A DNA stretch of 64,000 nt from Chiloscyllium plagiosum (taxonomy: Eukaryota). Of the stretch, positions 1-12,238 are shown in pieces (position 1 is the first letter of the stretch; every line of letters starts with the position of its first letter). The position numbers and the translations under genes are program-made. The DNA is taken from NCBI RefSeq assembly GCF_004010195.1, contig NC_057758.1, positions 8,583,011 through 8,647,010 of the forward strand, written 5' to 3'. Under the pieces are notes generated by a model. It was not told the origin of the DNA and searched no databases. It saw only the letters and a program-made list of their open reading frames with translations.

Positions 1-80
1 GCGTGTGACAGAGTGTAACTGTGTGTAACAGCGTGTGACAGAGTGTACCAGCGTGTAACAGTGTGTAACTGTGTGTGACA
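1..80. repeat. Degenerate 10-bp minisatellite (GxGTGTRACA-like), running off the window start
   Basis: Units gcgtgtgaca/gagtgtaact/gtgtgtaaca repeat about 8 times. Confidence 0.8.
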
Positions 81-284
81 GCATTTGCCTGACCTGCGTG
101 GCTGAACTTTATTCACATAAAAAGTTTAAACTACAACAACATCCGTTAGCTTCGTCCCAGAAAATCACTGTAAAGGGAAAGGCCCCCAGCTACACAAAGG
201 CATTGAAACATCCACGTTATATACAGCTTAATGTCATACATGTACTTTCCAAATGATGAAATCTGAAATCCTGCAATCACTCAC

Positions 285-510
285 ATCATATTCACTTTTT
301 TGTGTTTCAGACATTTCATTCAGCTGCATAATGTCTTGTTCCAATGTGGAAATCTGTACATCTGTCTCCCTCAGCCTGCCCTCCAGCTGCTCAGTCACGT
401 CTGATTTGGTCAACTTCAGGAATCTTGCCTTTGTTTTGAGAGGTTTCTTTTCCTTTTGCATTGCTTCATCACGCTCCTCATATTCAAGGAGCAAACCCCT
501 CATTTCTTCA
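285..510 (-). CDS. Possible isolated coding exon, coiled-coil (TRIM-like composition)
   Basis: Minus strand: ctctcctcag acceptor, open frame EEMRGLLLEYEERDEAMQKEKK...QLEGRLRETDVQISTLEQDIMQLNEMSETQKSEYD, then a gtgagt donor; E/K/L/Q-rich heptad character; no partner exons seen. Confidence 0.3.
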
Positions 511-611
511 CTGAGGAGAGATTAACTAACTGCCTATAAACTTTCAGCAGCACCATCACAATCTAGTTCACTCAATTCATCCACAATCTCACCCCAAGTG
601 CAAGGGGTAAG

Positions 612-1089
612 TGGAGATGGGTGCACTTCCTGCAAGTGTAATCGGCAGGGACGTCTAAGGCATTCCTCACCTCATACATGTTGCAGGAGGAACATTGCAC
701 TGCCTTCACTGCCATCCCTCTAAAGCTAACTTTTCTTTTCAAAAAACTGGGTCTAAAGAATACAACAAGCAAAATTCAGCACTTACCTACTTACCACAAC
801 AGATGTTATTATTAGGTTAGAGGAGGAGGGCGGGTGGGAGGCACTACCCGTGTAGTGCGTCGGATTCCTCTCCTTCGCGCTTTTAAAGGGGGAAAAAACC
901 TACCCAGGTAAGCTTACACTAACTGCTTCCGGGTCTCGGCTGCCCCTCTGGTCGGCGTCACTTCCCCCTGGTGCTCCCGCTCTTTCTGTGAAGAGAGAGT
1001 GCAAGAGAAAAAAAAAACACCGCTGCCCGCTACCGGTAAGCACTTTTAAAACCAAACGGTCTTACCTTCGCTGCTGCTCGCACTGAAGT
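612..1089 (-). mobile_element. CR1-type LINE, 5' UTR plus start of ORF1 only (3'-truncated)
   Basis: MAVKAVQCSSCNMYEVRNALDVPADYTCRKCTHL is a CxxC...CxKC ORF1 zinc-finger motif, also seen at 62776-63042; CpG-rich 5' UTR upstream. Confidence 0.75.
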
Positions 1090-2589
1090 TTATTGATCTG
1101 ATGAGATTGTTGCGGACTTTGAAGTAGTGTGATGCATTTGCAGAAACCATTTCGTGAATACATTGAAATAAAAGGTCCACTGACACCCAGCTCACGAATA
1201 ACACAAGTTAATGTAGCATTTAATCAGCAGCTGAATGAGCACAAAATGCCAGAGCAGAGTCGGTCATACACCTTGGGGTAATTTTCATTAATGTAGTTTG
1301 GTGTATTCTGGCTGGTGTAGACATGTTGCGCTGAACGGCCTGTTTGTGTGCCACATAAGAGTCTATCACTTTAATTCTTGAAAATAAGAAATATCTCACC
1401 ATTTCCATAGCTTGTGAGCATCAATTGGTGAAGAATATAATCTCCAAGGTCACATTGCTTCTCGACTTGAATCGAAACCATTTTCCCTTCACTGTCACTT
1501 GTTCAGAATCCTGTAACTCTCTGAAAAAAAATGTTAGTGGTCCTGCACCAAGTGGACCACTGGATTTCACTAACACATTATGAGTGGAAATTAAACATAG
1601 GCAACAGATTTTCTAAGGAAACTCACCTCACAACAACAACTGAAAGGAAACTGCACTATTAAGACATCTTTTCGATATTATCTAATTTCTAAAGCAGTTT
1701 CAAGGGAGTTTTTCACTTGTTTAAAAACACATTTGGAACGTTGTGCCTATCAATCTGAAAGGAAAAGCCTTCATGTTCATGAGAATGGTCTCCTAATTTT
1801 TCGGTAGCTGAAGTAGAAACTCGCATCAGGTATAAGTGTTCCTTCCTTGCCCATACAACGTTAGTGTGTCATTTTTAGTCAAGGATCTGCCTGCCTCTGC
1901 CTTAGGAATATTCAATTTCGTGGCCTTCATCTCTCTCTGGGAGGATAGTTTCACAAACACACAACACTTTCAGAGGGGTGAAACAACCCACATCTTATGA
2001 AATGAGATATTCTTCAGTTTTACTTTCCATCCAGTTCTTGTAATCTCTCATATAAACTGAAGCATTATTTCAGAATTCAACATAAAAAGACTATTCGGAA
2101 TATTCTGAGGTTAAAAATGATCACATATTGTCCAGCTAATCTCCAGGAGATCCAGGGCCAGTCTGGTCAATATTTCCTCCTGAAGTACAATTCTTCACAG
2201 GAGTCAGTAGAGTGAATCTTCTCTGGACTGCTTTGCATGTCATTATGGCCATAGGTCTTTCGATGTTCTCTCACCAATACCCTGTAAAACTGTAAAAAGT
2301 TCTTTCTACATCTGAATGAATTCTGTTTCAAAAAAGTTTCAACATTTGTCTGGCCTATCTAACACTTTGATGTACACGACACTTTTTGTGTGATCCAGGT
2401 GCCTGATTCCTCTGTGCCTCAATCCAATCTCTCCATTTTAATAATTCGTGCGTTTCCATTTAACTTCCAACATAATTCAACAAAGACACATTTCCATTCT
2501 ATGCTCCATACACCAATATTGTTGTTCATTTGACCAACTTATATCTCTTCATTAACTTGTGTATTCTTCATATACAAATTAAGAAAAAG

Positions 2590-2809
2590 TAAAAATATTA
2601 CATTGTTAATTCCATTGGAATGTGGCGACAACCTATGTCTTTGACCAAATATTCTGTCTGTATTATGGAAGAATACAAATATTTGAAATTGTCTGTGTCC
2701 TCTCAAGCAGGCTCGCATGTTTATATTCTTCCATAATGCAAACGGAATATTTCGTCAAAGACATAGGTTGACGCCACAATTCAGTGGAATCGACAATGTC
2801 ATATTTTTA
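2590..2809. mobile_element. 220-bp hairpin, MITE-like
   Basis: Arms of about 90 bp (taaaaatattacattg...gaatacaaatat vs atgtttatattc...caatgtcatattttta) around a loop of about 35 bp; begins and ends with TA. Confidence 0.6.
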
Positions 2810-2904
2810 GTCCATGTCCAAGCTATAAATTAGCAACAATGCTAAAATGTTTTGTAGTCCCATCACTCAGTTCCCATCACTGAGATATGGACAGATGGTG
2901 TAGA

Positions 2905-4485
2905 ATCTGGGTGGGTGGAATTGAGAAACAACAAAGGTTAAAAAGGCAGAAAACAGCGAGTGAGAATAAAAATGATCATGTCAGTATGGTAGCCAGTGAC
3001 ATGTGATATTCCGCAAGGCTCAGTGTTGGGACGACGACTTTTTACTTTGTAAATTAATAATCGAGATGAATGTTCTAAGGGCATTCTGGTTCACTTTTCA
3101 GATGATATAAAGATAGGTGGAGAGACAGGTGGCATTGCAGAAGGGGAGTGGCTGCAGAAGGGATGAGACACCTTCGGAGAGTGGGCAAAGAAGTGGCAGT
3201 ACAATAAGGGTAAGTGTGAGGTCATGCACTTTGGTAAGAGGAATACAGGCATAGGCTAGTTTCTAAATGCGGGAAAATTCTTCAGTCTGAAGTGCAAAGA
3301 GACTTGGGAGTTCTCGACCAAGATTGTCTCAAGGTGAACTTGCAGGCGAATCAATTGTTAGGAAACTTTTATATCATGACACAGTGTGTTTTAAAGTCTT
3401 ATATTCACTAAAAGAACTGTGAGTCGACTCATAAACAACAACATCTGTTTATTGAACACAATTAATATTAGAACATTAAATTGTACGAGAATGTAACGAA
3501 ACACACTTCAAACTACCTTTTGCTTTAACTTAACTTTATATGATCGTATACCACCCCAACAGAACGTTGCCGGGCTCCACATGCTGATTTCTCCTTCTTA
3601 CGATGGGCTTGGAGGTATCTTCTGCTTTGCTGGTTATTCTTGATTTACTGCGCGAAGTGTGGTTTTACGGTTATTCTCATTCTTCAGATTCTTCACCTCA
3701 TTTTGGGAGGATATGGAAGATCTGTCAACAGGATGACCATGTTGGATAACTCAGATCAATCAGACCCAAAAAGGGGGCGGCACATTGATGGCTCAAAGGA
3801 GGCATCCCGTTGTCCCATTCAAATTCAACACCAGGTTTGTACTGCAGGGTCTGGAGCTGTCAAGTTTGTTTACAAACCGTCTGTGGGTAGCTGCAGCCTG
3901 TCTGGAGTCTGCAACATGTGGATTAGCACAGAGAGTTTACTCAAGGCCGGGATCTATTTCCCAGCATGCTTTAATCATGGTTCATTTTTGTAACTCCATG
4001 ATAATTTGTTATTGTCCATCATAATTTCATTATTTCAGGTGGCAAGGCTGGTCACAAAGGCAAATACGATGATGACATTTATTTTGAGAGGGCTTGAATA
4101 TAAAAGCATGGATGTAATTCAGAGACTCCATAAGGCTCTAATCAGACCGAATTTGGATTATTGTATGATGCTTTGGGCCCCATATCTCAGGAAGGATATA
4201 CTGCCCCGGGGCGTGTTCAGAGGCAGATCACAGGAGTAGCCTCAGGAATGAAAAGCTTAACATATGAGGTCTCTGGAATTAAACTCGTTGAAGTTGAGAA
4301 GGATGAGGGGATCTAATTTAATCATGTAAAATACTAAATGTCTGGCCAGAGTAAATGTCAGAAAGATGCTTCCATTCTTAGGCGGGAAAGGATAGGCGGG
4401 CGGCATAGTATCATAGTTAAGGGGTTACCTTTTATATCGGAGAGAAGGAGAAATGTCTTCAGTCAGAGAGTGATGAATCTAAGGT
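2905..4485 (+). mobile_element. Degraded CR1 ORF2 (reverse transcriptase, 3' part) interrupted by an LTR-like insert
   Basis: gttccgcaaggctcagtgttggga-like and ttttcagatgatataaag (FADD-like) motifs; RGLEYKSMDVIQRLHKALIRPNLDYC peptide. Confidence 0.8.
3372..4056 (-). mobile_element. Probable solo LTR inserted in CR1
   Basis: About 685 bp splits the CR1 word gttaggaa/aggcaaat; the minus strand starts TGTGAC and has AATAAA near its 3' end; the other terminus is degenerate and no clear TSD is visible. Confidence 0.5.
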
Positions 4486-4489
4486 AAGA

Positions 4490-4686
4490 ATGGAAGTGTC
4501 CTTCCTGAAAGGACATTAGTGAAGCAAATGAGTTTCAATCGATTCATAATCACCATCAGTCTCTTAATTCCACATTTGAGTTCAAGCTGCACCATCTACC
4601 ATGGCAGAGTTCAAATCCAGGACATCAGAAAATTAGTTGGGTCTCTCGCTTAAAAGTTCAGCGAAAACACCACTATACCACTGCCT
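4490..4686 (-). mobile_element. tRNA-derived Deu-domain (SacSINE1-like) SINE, 5' part
   Basis: Minus strand ggcagtggtatagtggtg...catggtagatggtgcagcttgaactc...actaatgtcctttcaggaagg; same family at 21590 and 22450. Confidence 0.6.
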
Positions 4687-4959
4687 TGCCCAGTCCTCCA
4701 GAGTGTGACTAACTTGTGTAATATGATTTGCCTGAGACTTTTCCCTCAAGCTATTATTGATTTCCGTGTCAAATCATGGAAGATTTTTCTTCATTATGCA
4801 ATTCCTCTCACCAAAATACTTTAATTGAGAGGTCATGTAGTATGTCGTTGTGTCTTTACCTTCTTTTTATCTGTCCTGCCCTTGACAGTTTTGTTATCTT
4901 CCTGGCTAGTCCACCCAATCCAACACCTTCATTAGCCCAATATAATTATCATTGCTCAA

Positions 4960-6130
4960 CACTGAAACCGTCATATGTGACTCTGTGCTTATACATTCAA
5001 TCTGAGTTTAAAACTACAGTGCGTTGCTGTCACTGCGTCCAAGAGGATCCTAAAGCAAATTCATTTATCAATCCTTCCATGTCACATAATATCAAATCTG
5101 AAGTAAACCGTTCTCTGGTTGAATCCATGACATGTTGCTGTCAAAAATATCCTTCAGTCCGTCTAAGAATTGTTCTTCGAGGCTACCTTTGCCAAGTTGA
5201 TTAATTGAGTCAATATGCACGTTCATCCAACTGTTGTGCCCTTGTCACCAGCCGTCATTATTTCCGAACTCAGAAATGTGTCGGGAGAACAGCGGCTGAA
5301 CTTTACTCTTCTCAAGAGGTTTCTTCTCTTGCTTTATGTTTTTGCCTGGACTGATTTACATGCCGTTCCCTCGTGCCAATATCATTACCGAATGCGGCCT
5401 TGATATCATACTTAACCAATACATCAATTCCACCTCTTGCTTCTCCTTGTCTAACCTTCGGGAATAGTGAGTGCCCTTGGACATGCCACTGACCAGTCCT
5501 GATCTCCCTGAAACCATGTTTCAGCAATCTGCATCAGGTCATACCCATTTGTCTCTTTACCTATTGTCAGCTCATCAATATTTTTCCAAAGACTTTGTAC
5601 TTTTAGGTCCAAAATTTTAAAATAGGTTTTATTGGTTTGTCTTTCCCTTCTAATACTTTTTGTACACTAGCTTCCTGATCTCGCACACTTCACTCCCCAC
5701 ATCACCAACAATGTTCAACCTTATTTGTTTATCACTGATAATTATGCGCCTAATCTCTATCATTTATTCCAATTTACAACTCACATTTTGAATTGACATG
5801 TTCCATTCTATATCATGGTCATGAGACTGGCCATGCCTGCTGTCCTATTCACCTCTAACTTCTGCTCAGTTTCTGACCTGCTGCTTTGGTTCCCAGCCTC
5901 CTGGTTTATTAGTGTAAATCCTCCCAATGTCCACAAGCAAACCGCCCCAAAAAAATGTTGGTGCTTCTCCAGTTAAGATACAACCTGTCCATTTTTGAAA
6001 GCTCACTCGCCCTGGAAGAGAACCTAATGATCACAAACTTGAATCCCTCACCCCTGTACTAGTTCTTTAACCACATGTTAAACTATACCACCTTCCTAAT
6101 CATTACCTCTTTTCCACTAGGCCCGAGGCG
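4960..6130 (-). mobile_element. Degraded CR1: ORF1 esterase C-terminus and ORF2 APE endonuclease N-terminus
   Basis: Frameshifted peptides AETWFQGDQDW, KVRQGEARGGIDVLVKYDI and KMDRLYLNWRSTN. Confidence 0.7.
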
Positions 6131-6154
6131 TAATTCAGACGTTTCAGCGAATTG

Positions 6155-6242
6155 TTCTCTCTCTCCCACACACACACACACACACATACGCATGCACACG
6201 TGCACACACAGACAGACTAATACACACAAATGCACACATGAG

Positions 6243-6275
<33 letters not shown>

Positions 6276-6290
6276 ACAAACACACATCAC
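6155..6290. repeat. (CT)n(CA)n compound microsatellite (copies at ~8550-8675 and ~25435-25710)
   Basis: Read directly from the sequence. Confidence 0.9.
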
Positions 6291-7366
6291 ATTACTTTGT
6301 AGAAGAATACCAATAACCTTATAAATAATCAGAATGACAATTGGAATGAACGAAATGGTTAAATGCAGGATGAGAACAATTAGGGTTACTCTTCATTAAG
6401 CAGAACGGTCAGGGCTATGCACTTATTGCAGTGCTCAAAATTATGGAAAAATTGGCAGCATAAAATGCGAATACTCTGTTTCTGTTCGTTGGCATTACAG
6501 CGTCCAGGAGACCTAGTTTCAAGATTTTCAGCACAAGAGCTAGGAGTGAGATAAGGAAAAACTTCTTTTTTGAGAGATTTGTTAGAATTTAGAATGCTCT
6601 GCCTGGGAGAGTTGTGAATGAAGATTCAAAAGGGAACGGGATATATATTTGTAAGTTACGAATGTAAAGGGCTGCAGAGACGGGGTGGCAAATTGGAGGA
6701 GTTTGTGAGACATTTCTGGAGCCGATGCATACACAGTGGCCCAATAACCTCCTTCTGTCCATTAAAGTTCTGTGCTCTATCATGTACAGACGCAAGTCAA
6801 CATCAGTATCTGATTATTTCCTGTTGTAAATGCTGGCAAATATCTGATCATATTTACTGCAGCATAACCATTTAAAATGCAAGTATTGCAATGTCAGCTT
6901 GATGATGATTTCTAATTATTACTCAGCACATACATATTTTAAATCTTGTATCCCAATTGCGAAAACAAATATTTCTTTGCTTTGGCACAAAACAATATGT
7001 AAATGTTTGACTTTCCTCTCATAAGGAAATATGTTCATCATTTTTTATCACTAACCAACTGTCGCATTAAATGCCATTCATTCTTATAAAAAATGCAAGA
7101 TTTCAAATTATTGTTCGCTTCAACGTAATTTTATAAATCATTTATTTAAGTTAATATTCACAGTGCATGTAGAATTACTGTCATTTCTCAATTGTTGGTA
7201 AATAGCTGAAGTTTCGTGCTTTTAAGTGAGAAATTAAACTGATTGTTATTTAAATATATGAGAACGCTTTTCCCATATGATTGTTCATTTATTTTCTCAC
7301 TCTAAATATATAATCGGTCAGACGCGAAGCACTTTCCAAATGTTGGTGTGACAATGTATTTATTTG

Positions 7367-7866
7367 NNNNNNNNNNNNNNNNNNNNNNNNNNNNNNNNNN
7401 NNNNNNNNNNNNNNNNNNNNNNNNNNNNNNNNNNNNNNNNNNNNNNNNNNNNNNNNNNNNNNNNNNNNNNNNNNNNNNNNNNNNNNNNNNNNNNNNNNNN
7501 NNNNNNNNNNNNNNNNNNNNNNNNNNNNNNNNNNNNNNNNNNNNNNNNNNNNNNNNNNNNNNNNNNNNNNNNNNNNNNNNNNNNNNNNNNNNNNNNNNNN
7601 NNNNNNNNNNNNNNNNNNNNNNNNNNNNNNNNNNNNNNNNNNNNNNNNNNNNNNNNNNNNNNNNNNNNNNNNNNNNNNNNNNNNNNNNNNNNNNNNNNNN
7701 NNNNNNNNNNNNNNNNNNNNNNNNNNNNNNNNNNNNNNNNNNNNNNNNNNNNNNNNNNNNNNNNNNNNNNNNNNNNNNNNNNNNNNNNNNNNNNNNNNNN
7801 NNNNNNNNNNNNNNNNNNNNNNNNNNNNNNNNNNNNNNNNNNNNNNNNNNNNNNNNNNNNNNNNNN
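7367..7866. other. Assembly gap, exactly 500 N
   Basis: N run; the round size suggests a placeholder of unknown length. Confidence 0.99.
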
Positions 7867-10776
7867 TAATTGTTTTCGCAATTGGGATACAAGATTTAAC
7901 ATATGTATGTGCTGAGTAATAATTAGACATCATCATCAAGCTGACATTGCAATACTTGAATTTAAATGGGTATGCTGCAGTAAATATGATCAGATATTTG
8001 CCAGCATTTACAACAGGAAATAATCAGATACTGATATTGACTTGCGTCTGTACATGATAGAGCACAGAACTTTAATGGACAGAAGGAGGTTATTGGGCCA
8101 CTGTGTATGCATCAGCTCCGGAAATGTCTCCCAAACTCCTCCCATTTGCCACCCCGTCTCTGCAGCCCTATACATTCGTAACTTACAAATATATATTCCG
8201 TTCCCTTTTGAATCTTCAATCACAACTCTCCCAGGCAGAGCATTCTAAATTCTAACAAATCTCTCAAAAAATAAGTTTTTCCTTATCTCACTCCTAGCTC
8301 TTGTGCTGAAAATCTTGAAACTAGGACTCCTGGACGCTGTAATGCCAACGAACAGAAACAGAGTATTCGTATTTTATGCTGCCATTTTTTCCATAATTTT
8401 GAGCACTGCAATAAGTGCACAGTTTTGTCCGTTCTGCTTAATGAAGAGTAGCCCTAATTGTTCGCATCCTGCATTTAACCATTTCGTTCATTCCAATTGT
8501 CATTCTGATTATTTATAAGGTTATTGGTATTCTTCTACAAAGTAATGTGATGTGCGTTTGTCTGTGTGCGCGCGTGTGTATGTGTGTGTGCTCATGTATG
8601 CATTTGTGTGTATTCGTCTGTCTGTGTGTGCACGTGTGCATGCGTATGTGTGTGTGTGCGTGTGAGAGAGAGAGAACAATTCGCTGAAACGTCTGAATTA
8701 CGCCGAGGGCCTCGTGGAAAAGAGGTAATGATTAGGAAGGTGGTATAGTTTAAAATGTGGTTAAAGAACTAGTACAGGGGTGAGGGATTCAATTTTGTGA
8801 TCATTAGTTTCTCTTCCAGGGAGAGTGAGCTTTCAAAAATGGACAGGTTGTATCTTAACTGGAGGAGCACCAACATCTTTGTGGGGCGGTTTGCTAGTGG
8901 ACATTGGGTGGATTTACACGAATAAACCAGGAGGCTGGGAATCAAAGCAGCAGGTCAGAAACTGAGCAGAAGGTAGAGGTGAATAGGACAGCAGGCATGG
9001 CCAGTCTCCTGACCATGATGAAGAATGGAACATGTCAATTCAAAATGTGAGTTGGAAATTGGAATAAATGATAGAGATTAGGCGCATAATTATCAGTGAT
9101 AAACAAATAAGGTTGGACATTGTTGGTGATGTGGGGAGTGAAGTGTGCGAGATCAGTAAGCTAGTGTACAAAAAGTAGTAGAAGGGAAAGGCAAACCAAT
9201 AAAACCTATTTTAAAATTTTGGACCTAAAAGTACAAAGTCTTTGGAAAAATATTGAAGAGCTGACAATAGGTAAAGGGACAAATGGGTATGACCTGATGC
9301 AGATTGCTGAAACATGGTTTCAGGGAGATCAGGACTGGTCAGTGGCATGTCCAAGGGCACTCACTACGCCCGAAGGTTAGACAAGGAGAAGCAAGAGGTG
9401 GAATTGATGTATTGGTTAAGTATGATATCAAGGCCACATTCGGAAATAATATTGGCACGAGGGAACGGCATGGAAATCAGTCCAGGCAAAAACAAAAAGC
9501 AAGAGAAGAAACCTCTTGGGAAGAGTAAAGTTCAGCCGCTGTTCTCCCGACACATTTCTGAGTTCGGAAATAATGACGGCTGGTGACAAGGGCACAACAG
9601 TTGGATGAACTTGCATATTGACTCAATTAATCAACTTGGCAAAGGTAGCCTCGAAGAACAATTCTTAGACGGTCTGAAGAATATTTTTGACAGCAACATG
9701 TTATGGATTTAACCAGAGAACGGTTTACTTCAGATTTGATATTATGTGACATGGAAGGATTGATAAATGAACTTGCAGTTAAGGATCCTCTTGGACGCAG
9801 TGACAGCAACACGCTGTAGTTTTAAACTCAGATTGAATGTATAAGCACAGAGTCACACATGACGGTTTCAGTGTTGAGCAATGATAATTATATTGGGCTA
9901 AGGAAGGAGTTGGATTGGGTGGACTAGCCAGGAAGATAACAAAACTATCAAGGGCAGGACAGATAAAAAGAAGGTAAAGACACAACGAGATACTACATGA
10001 CCTCTCAATTAAAGTATTTTGGTGAGAGGAATTGCGTAATGAAGAAAGATCTTCCATGATTTGACACAGAAATCAATAATAGCTTGAGGGAAAAGTCTCA
10101 GGCAAATCATATTACACAAGTTAGTCACACTCTGGAGGACTGGGCAAGGCAGTGGTATAGTGGTGCTTTCGCTGAACTTTTAAGCGAGAGACCCAGCTAA
10201 TTCTCTGATGTCCTGGATTTTAACTCTGTCATGGTAGATGGTGCAGCTTGAACTCAAATGTGGAATTAAGAGACTGATGGTCATTATGAATCGATTGAAA
10301 CTCATCTAGTTCACGAATGTCCTTTAAGGAAGGACACTTCCATCCTTACCATAGATTCATCACTCTCTGACTGAAGACGTTTCTCCTTCTCTCCGATATA
10401 AAAGATCTTCCCTTAACTATGATACTATGCCCCCCGCCTATCCTTTCCCGCCTAAGAATGGAAGCATCTTTCTGACATCTCCTCCGGCCAGACATTTAGT
10501 ACTTTGCATGATTCAATTAGATCCCCTCATCCTTCTCAACTTCAACGAGCTTAATTCCAGAGACCTCATATGTTAGGCTTTTCATTCCTGAGGCTATTCC
10601 TGTGATCTGCCTCTGAACACGCCCCGGGGCAGTATATCCTTCCTGAGATATGGGGCCCAAAACATCACCCGATAATCCAAATTTGATCTGATTAGAGCCT
10701 TATAGAGTCTCAGAATTACATCCATGCTTTTATATTCAAGCCCTCTCAAAATAAATGTCATCATCGTATTTGCCTT

Positions 10777-11461
10777 TGTGACCAGCCTTGCCACCTGAAA
10801 TAATGAAATTATGATGGACAATAACAAATTATCATGGAGTTACAAAAATGAACAATGATTAAAGCATGCTGGGAAATAGATCCCGGCCTTGAGTAAACTC
10901 TCTGTGCTAATCCACATGTTGCAGACTCCAGATAGGCTGCAGCTATCCACAGACGGTTTGTAAACAAATTTGACAGCTCCAGACCCTGCAGTACAAACCT
11001 GGTGTTGAATTTGAATGGGACAACGGGATGCCTCCCTTGAGCCATCAATGTGCCGCCCCCTGGTTGGGTCTGATTGATCTGAGTTATCCAACATGGTCAT
11101 CCTGTTGACAGATCTTCCATATCCTCCCAAAATGAGGTGAAGAATCTGAAGAATGAGAATAACCGCAAAACCACACTTAGCGCAGTAAATCAAGAATAAC
11201 CAGCAAAGCAGAAGATACCTCCAAGCCCATCGTAAGAAGGAGAAATCAGCACGTGGAGCCCGGCAACGTTCTGTTGGGGTGGTATACGATCATATAAAGT
11301 TAAGTTAAAGCAAAAGGTAGATTGAAGTGTGTTTCGTTACATTATAGTACAATTTATTGTTCTAATATTAATTGTGTTCAATAAACAGATGTTGTTGTTT
11401 ATGAGTCGACTCACAGTTCTTTTAGTGAATATAAGACTTTAAAACACACTGTGTCATGATA
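10777..11461 (+). mobile_element. Mirror copy of the probable solo LTR
   Basis: tgtgaccagcc...aataaa...gtgtcatgata, the reverse complement of 3372-4056. Confidence 0.5.
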
Positions 11462-12017
11462 TAAAAGTTTCCTAACAATTGGTTCGCCTGCAAGTTCACC
11501 TTGAGACAATCTTGGTCGAGAACTCCCAAGTCTCTTTGCACTTCAGACTGAAGAATTTTCCCGCATTTAGAAACTAGCCTAATGCTGTATTCCTCTTACC
11601 AAAGTGCATGACCTCACACTTACCCCTATTGTACTGCCACTTCTTTGCCCACTCTCCGAAGGTGTCTCATCCCTTCTGCAGCCTCTCCACTTCTGCAATG
11701 CGACCTGTCTCTCCACCTATCTTTATATCATCTGAAAGGTTAAACAGAACGCCTTTAGAACATTCATCTAGATCATTAATTTACAAAGTAAAAAGTCGCC
11801 GTCCCAACACTGAGCCTTGTGGAATATCACATGGCTACCATACTGACACGATCTTTTTTATCCTCACTCGCTGTTTTCTGCCTTTTTAACCTTTGTTGTT
11901 TATCAATTCCACCCACCCAGATTCTACACCATCTGTCCATATCTCAGTGATGGGAACTGAGTGATGGGACTACAAAACACTTTAGCATTGTTGCTAATTT
12001 ATAGCGTGGACATGGAC

Positions 12018-12238
12018 TAAAAATATGACATTGTCGATTCCACTGAATTGTGGCGTCAACCTATGTCTTTGACGAAATATTTCGTTTGCATTATGAAAGA
12101 ATATAAACATGTGAACCTGCTTGAGTGGACACAGACAATTTCAAATATTTTGTATTCTTCCATAATACAGGCAGAATATTTGGTCAAAGACATAGGCTGT
12201 CGCCACATTCCAATGGAATTGACAAAGTAATATTTTTA
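12018..12238. mobile_element. Mirror copy of the 220-bp hairpin
   Basis: Reverse complement of 2590-2809 with a few substitutions. Confidence 0.6.

Larger units (their letters stand above)
1088..7366 (+). repeat. Segmental duplication copy 1 (1088-6969 is the left arm of the inverted repeat)
   Basis: Reverse complement matches 7870-13744; ORF track is mirrored (1220-1408 vs 13423-13611, 3640-3993 vs 10840-11193, 4006-4239 vs 10594-10827). Confidence 0.95.

Noticed and set aside
6075..6302. His/Thr- or Cys/Val-rich ORFs (also 8566-8748, 25353-25709, and the Ser/Leu ORF 59603-59980)
   Set aside because: Translations of dinucleotide microsatellites
7289..7939. Long ORFs over the N runs (also 23433-24104 and 31905-33035)
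   Set aside because: Artefacts of translating gaps as X
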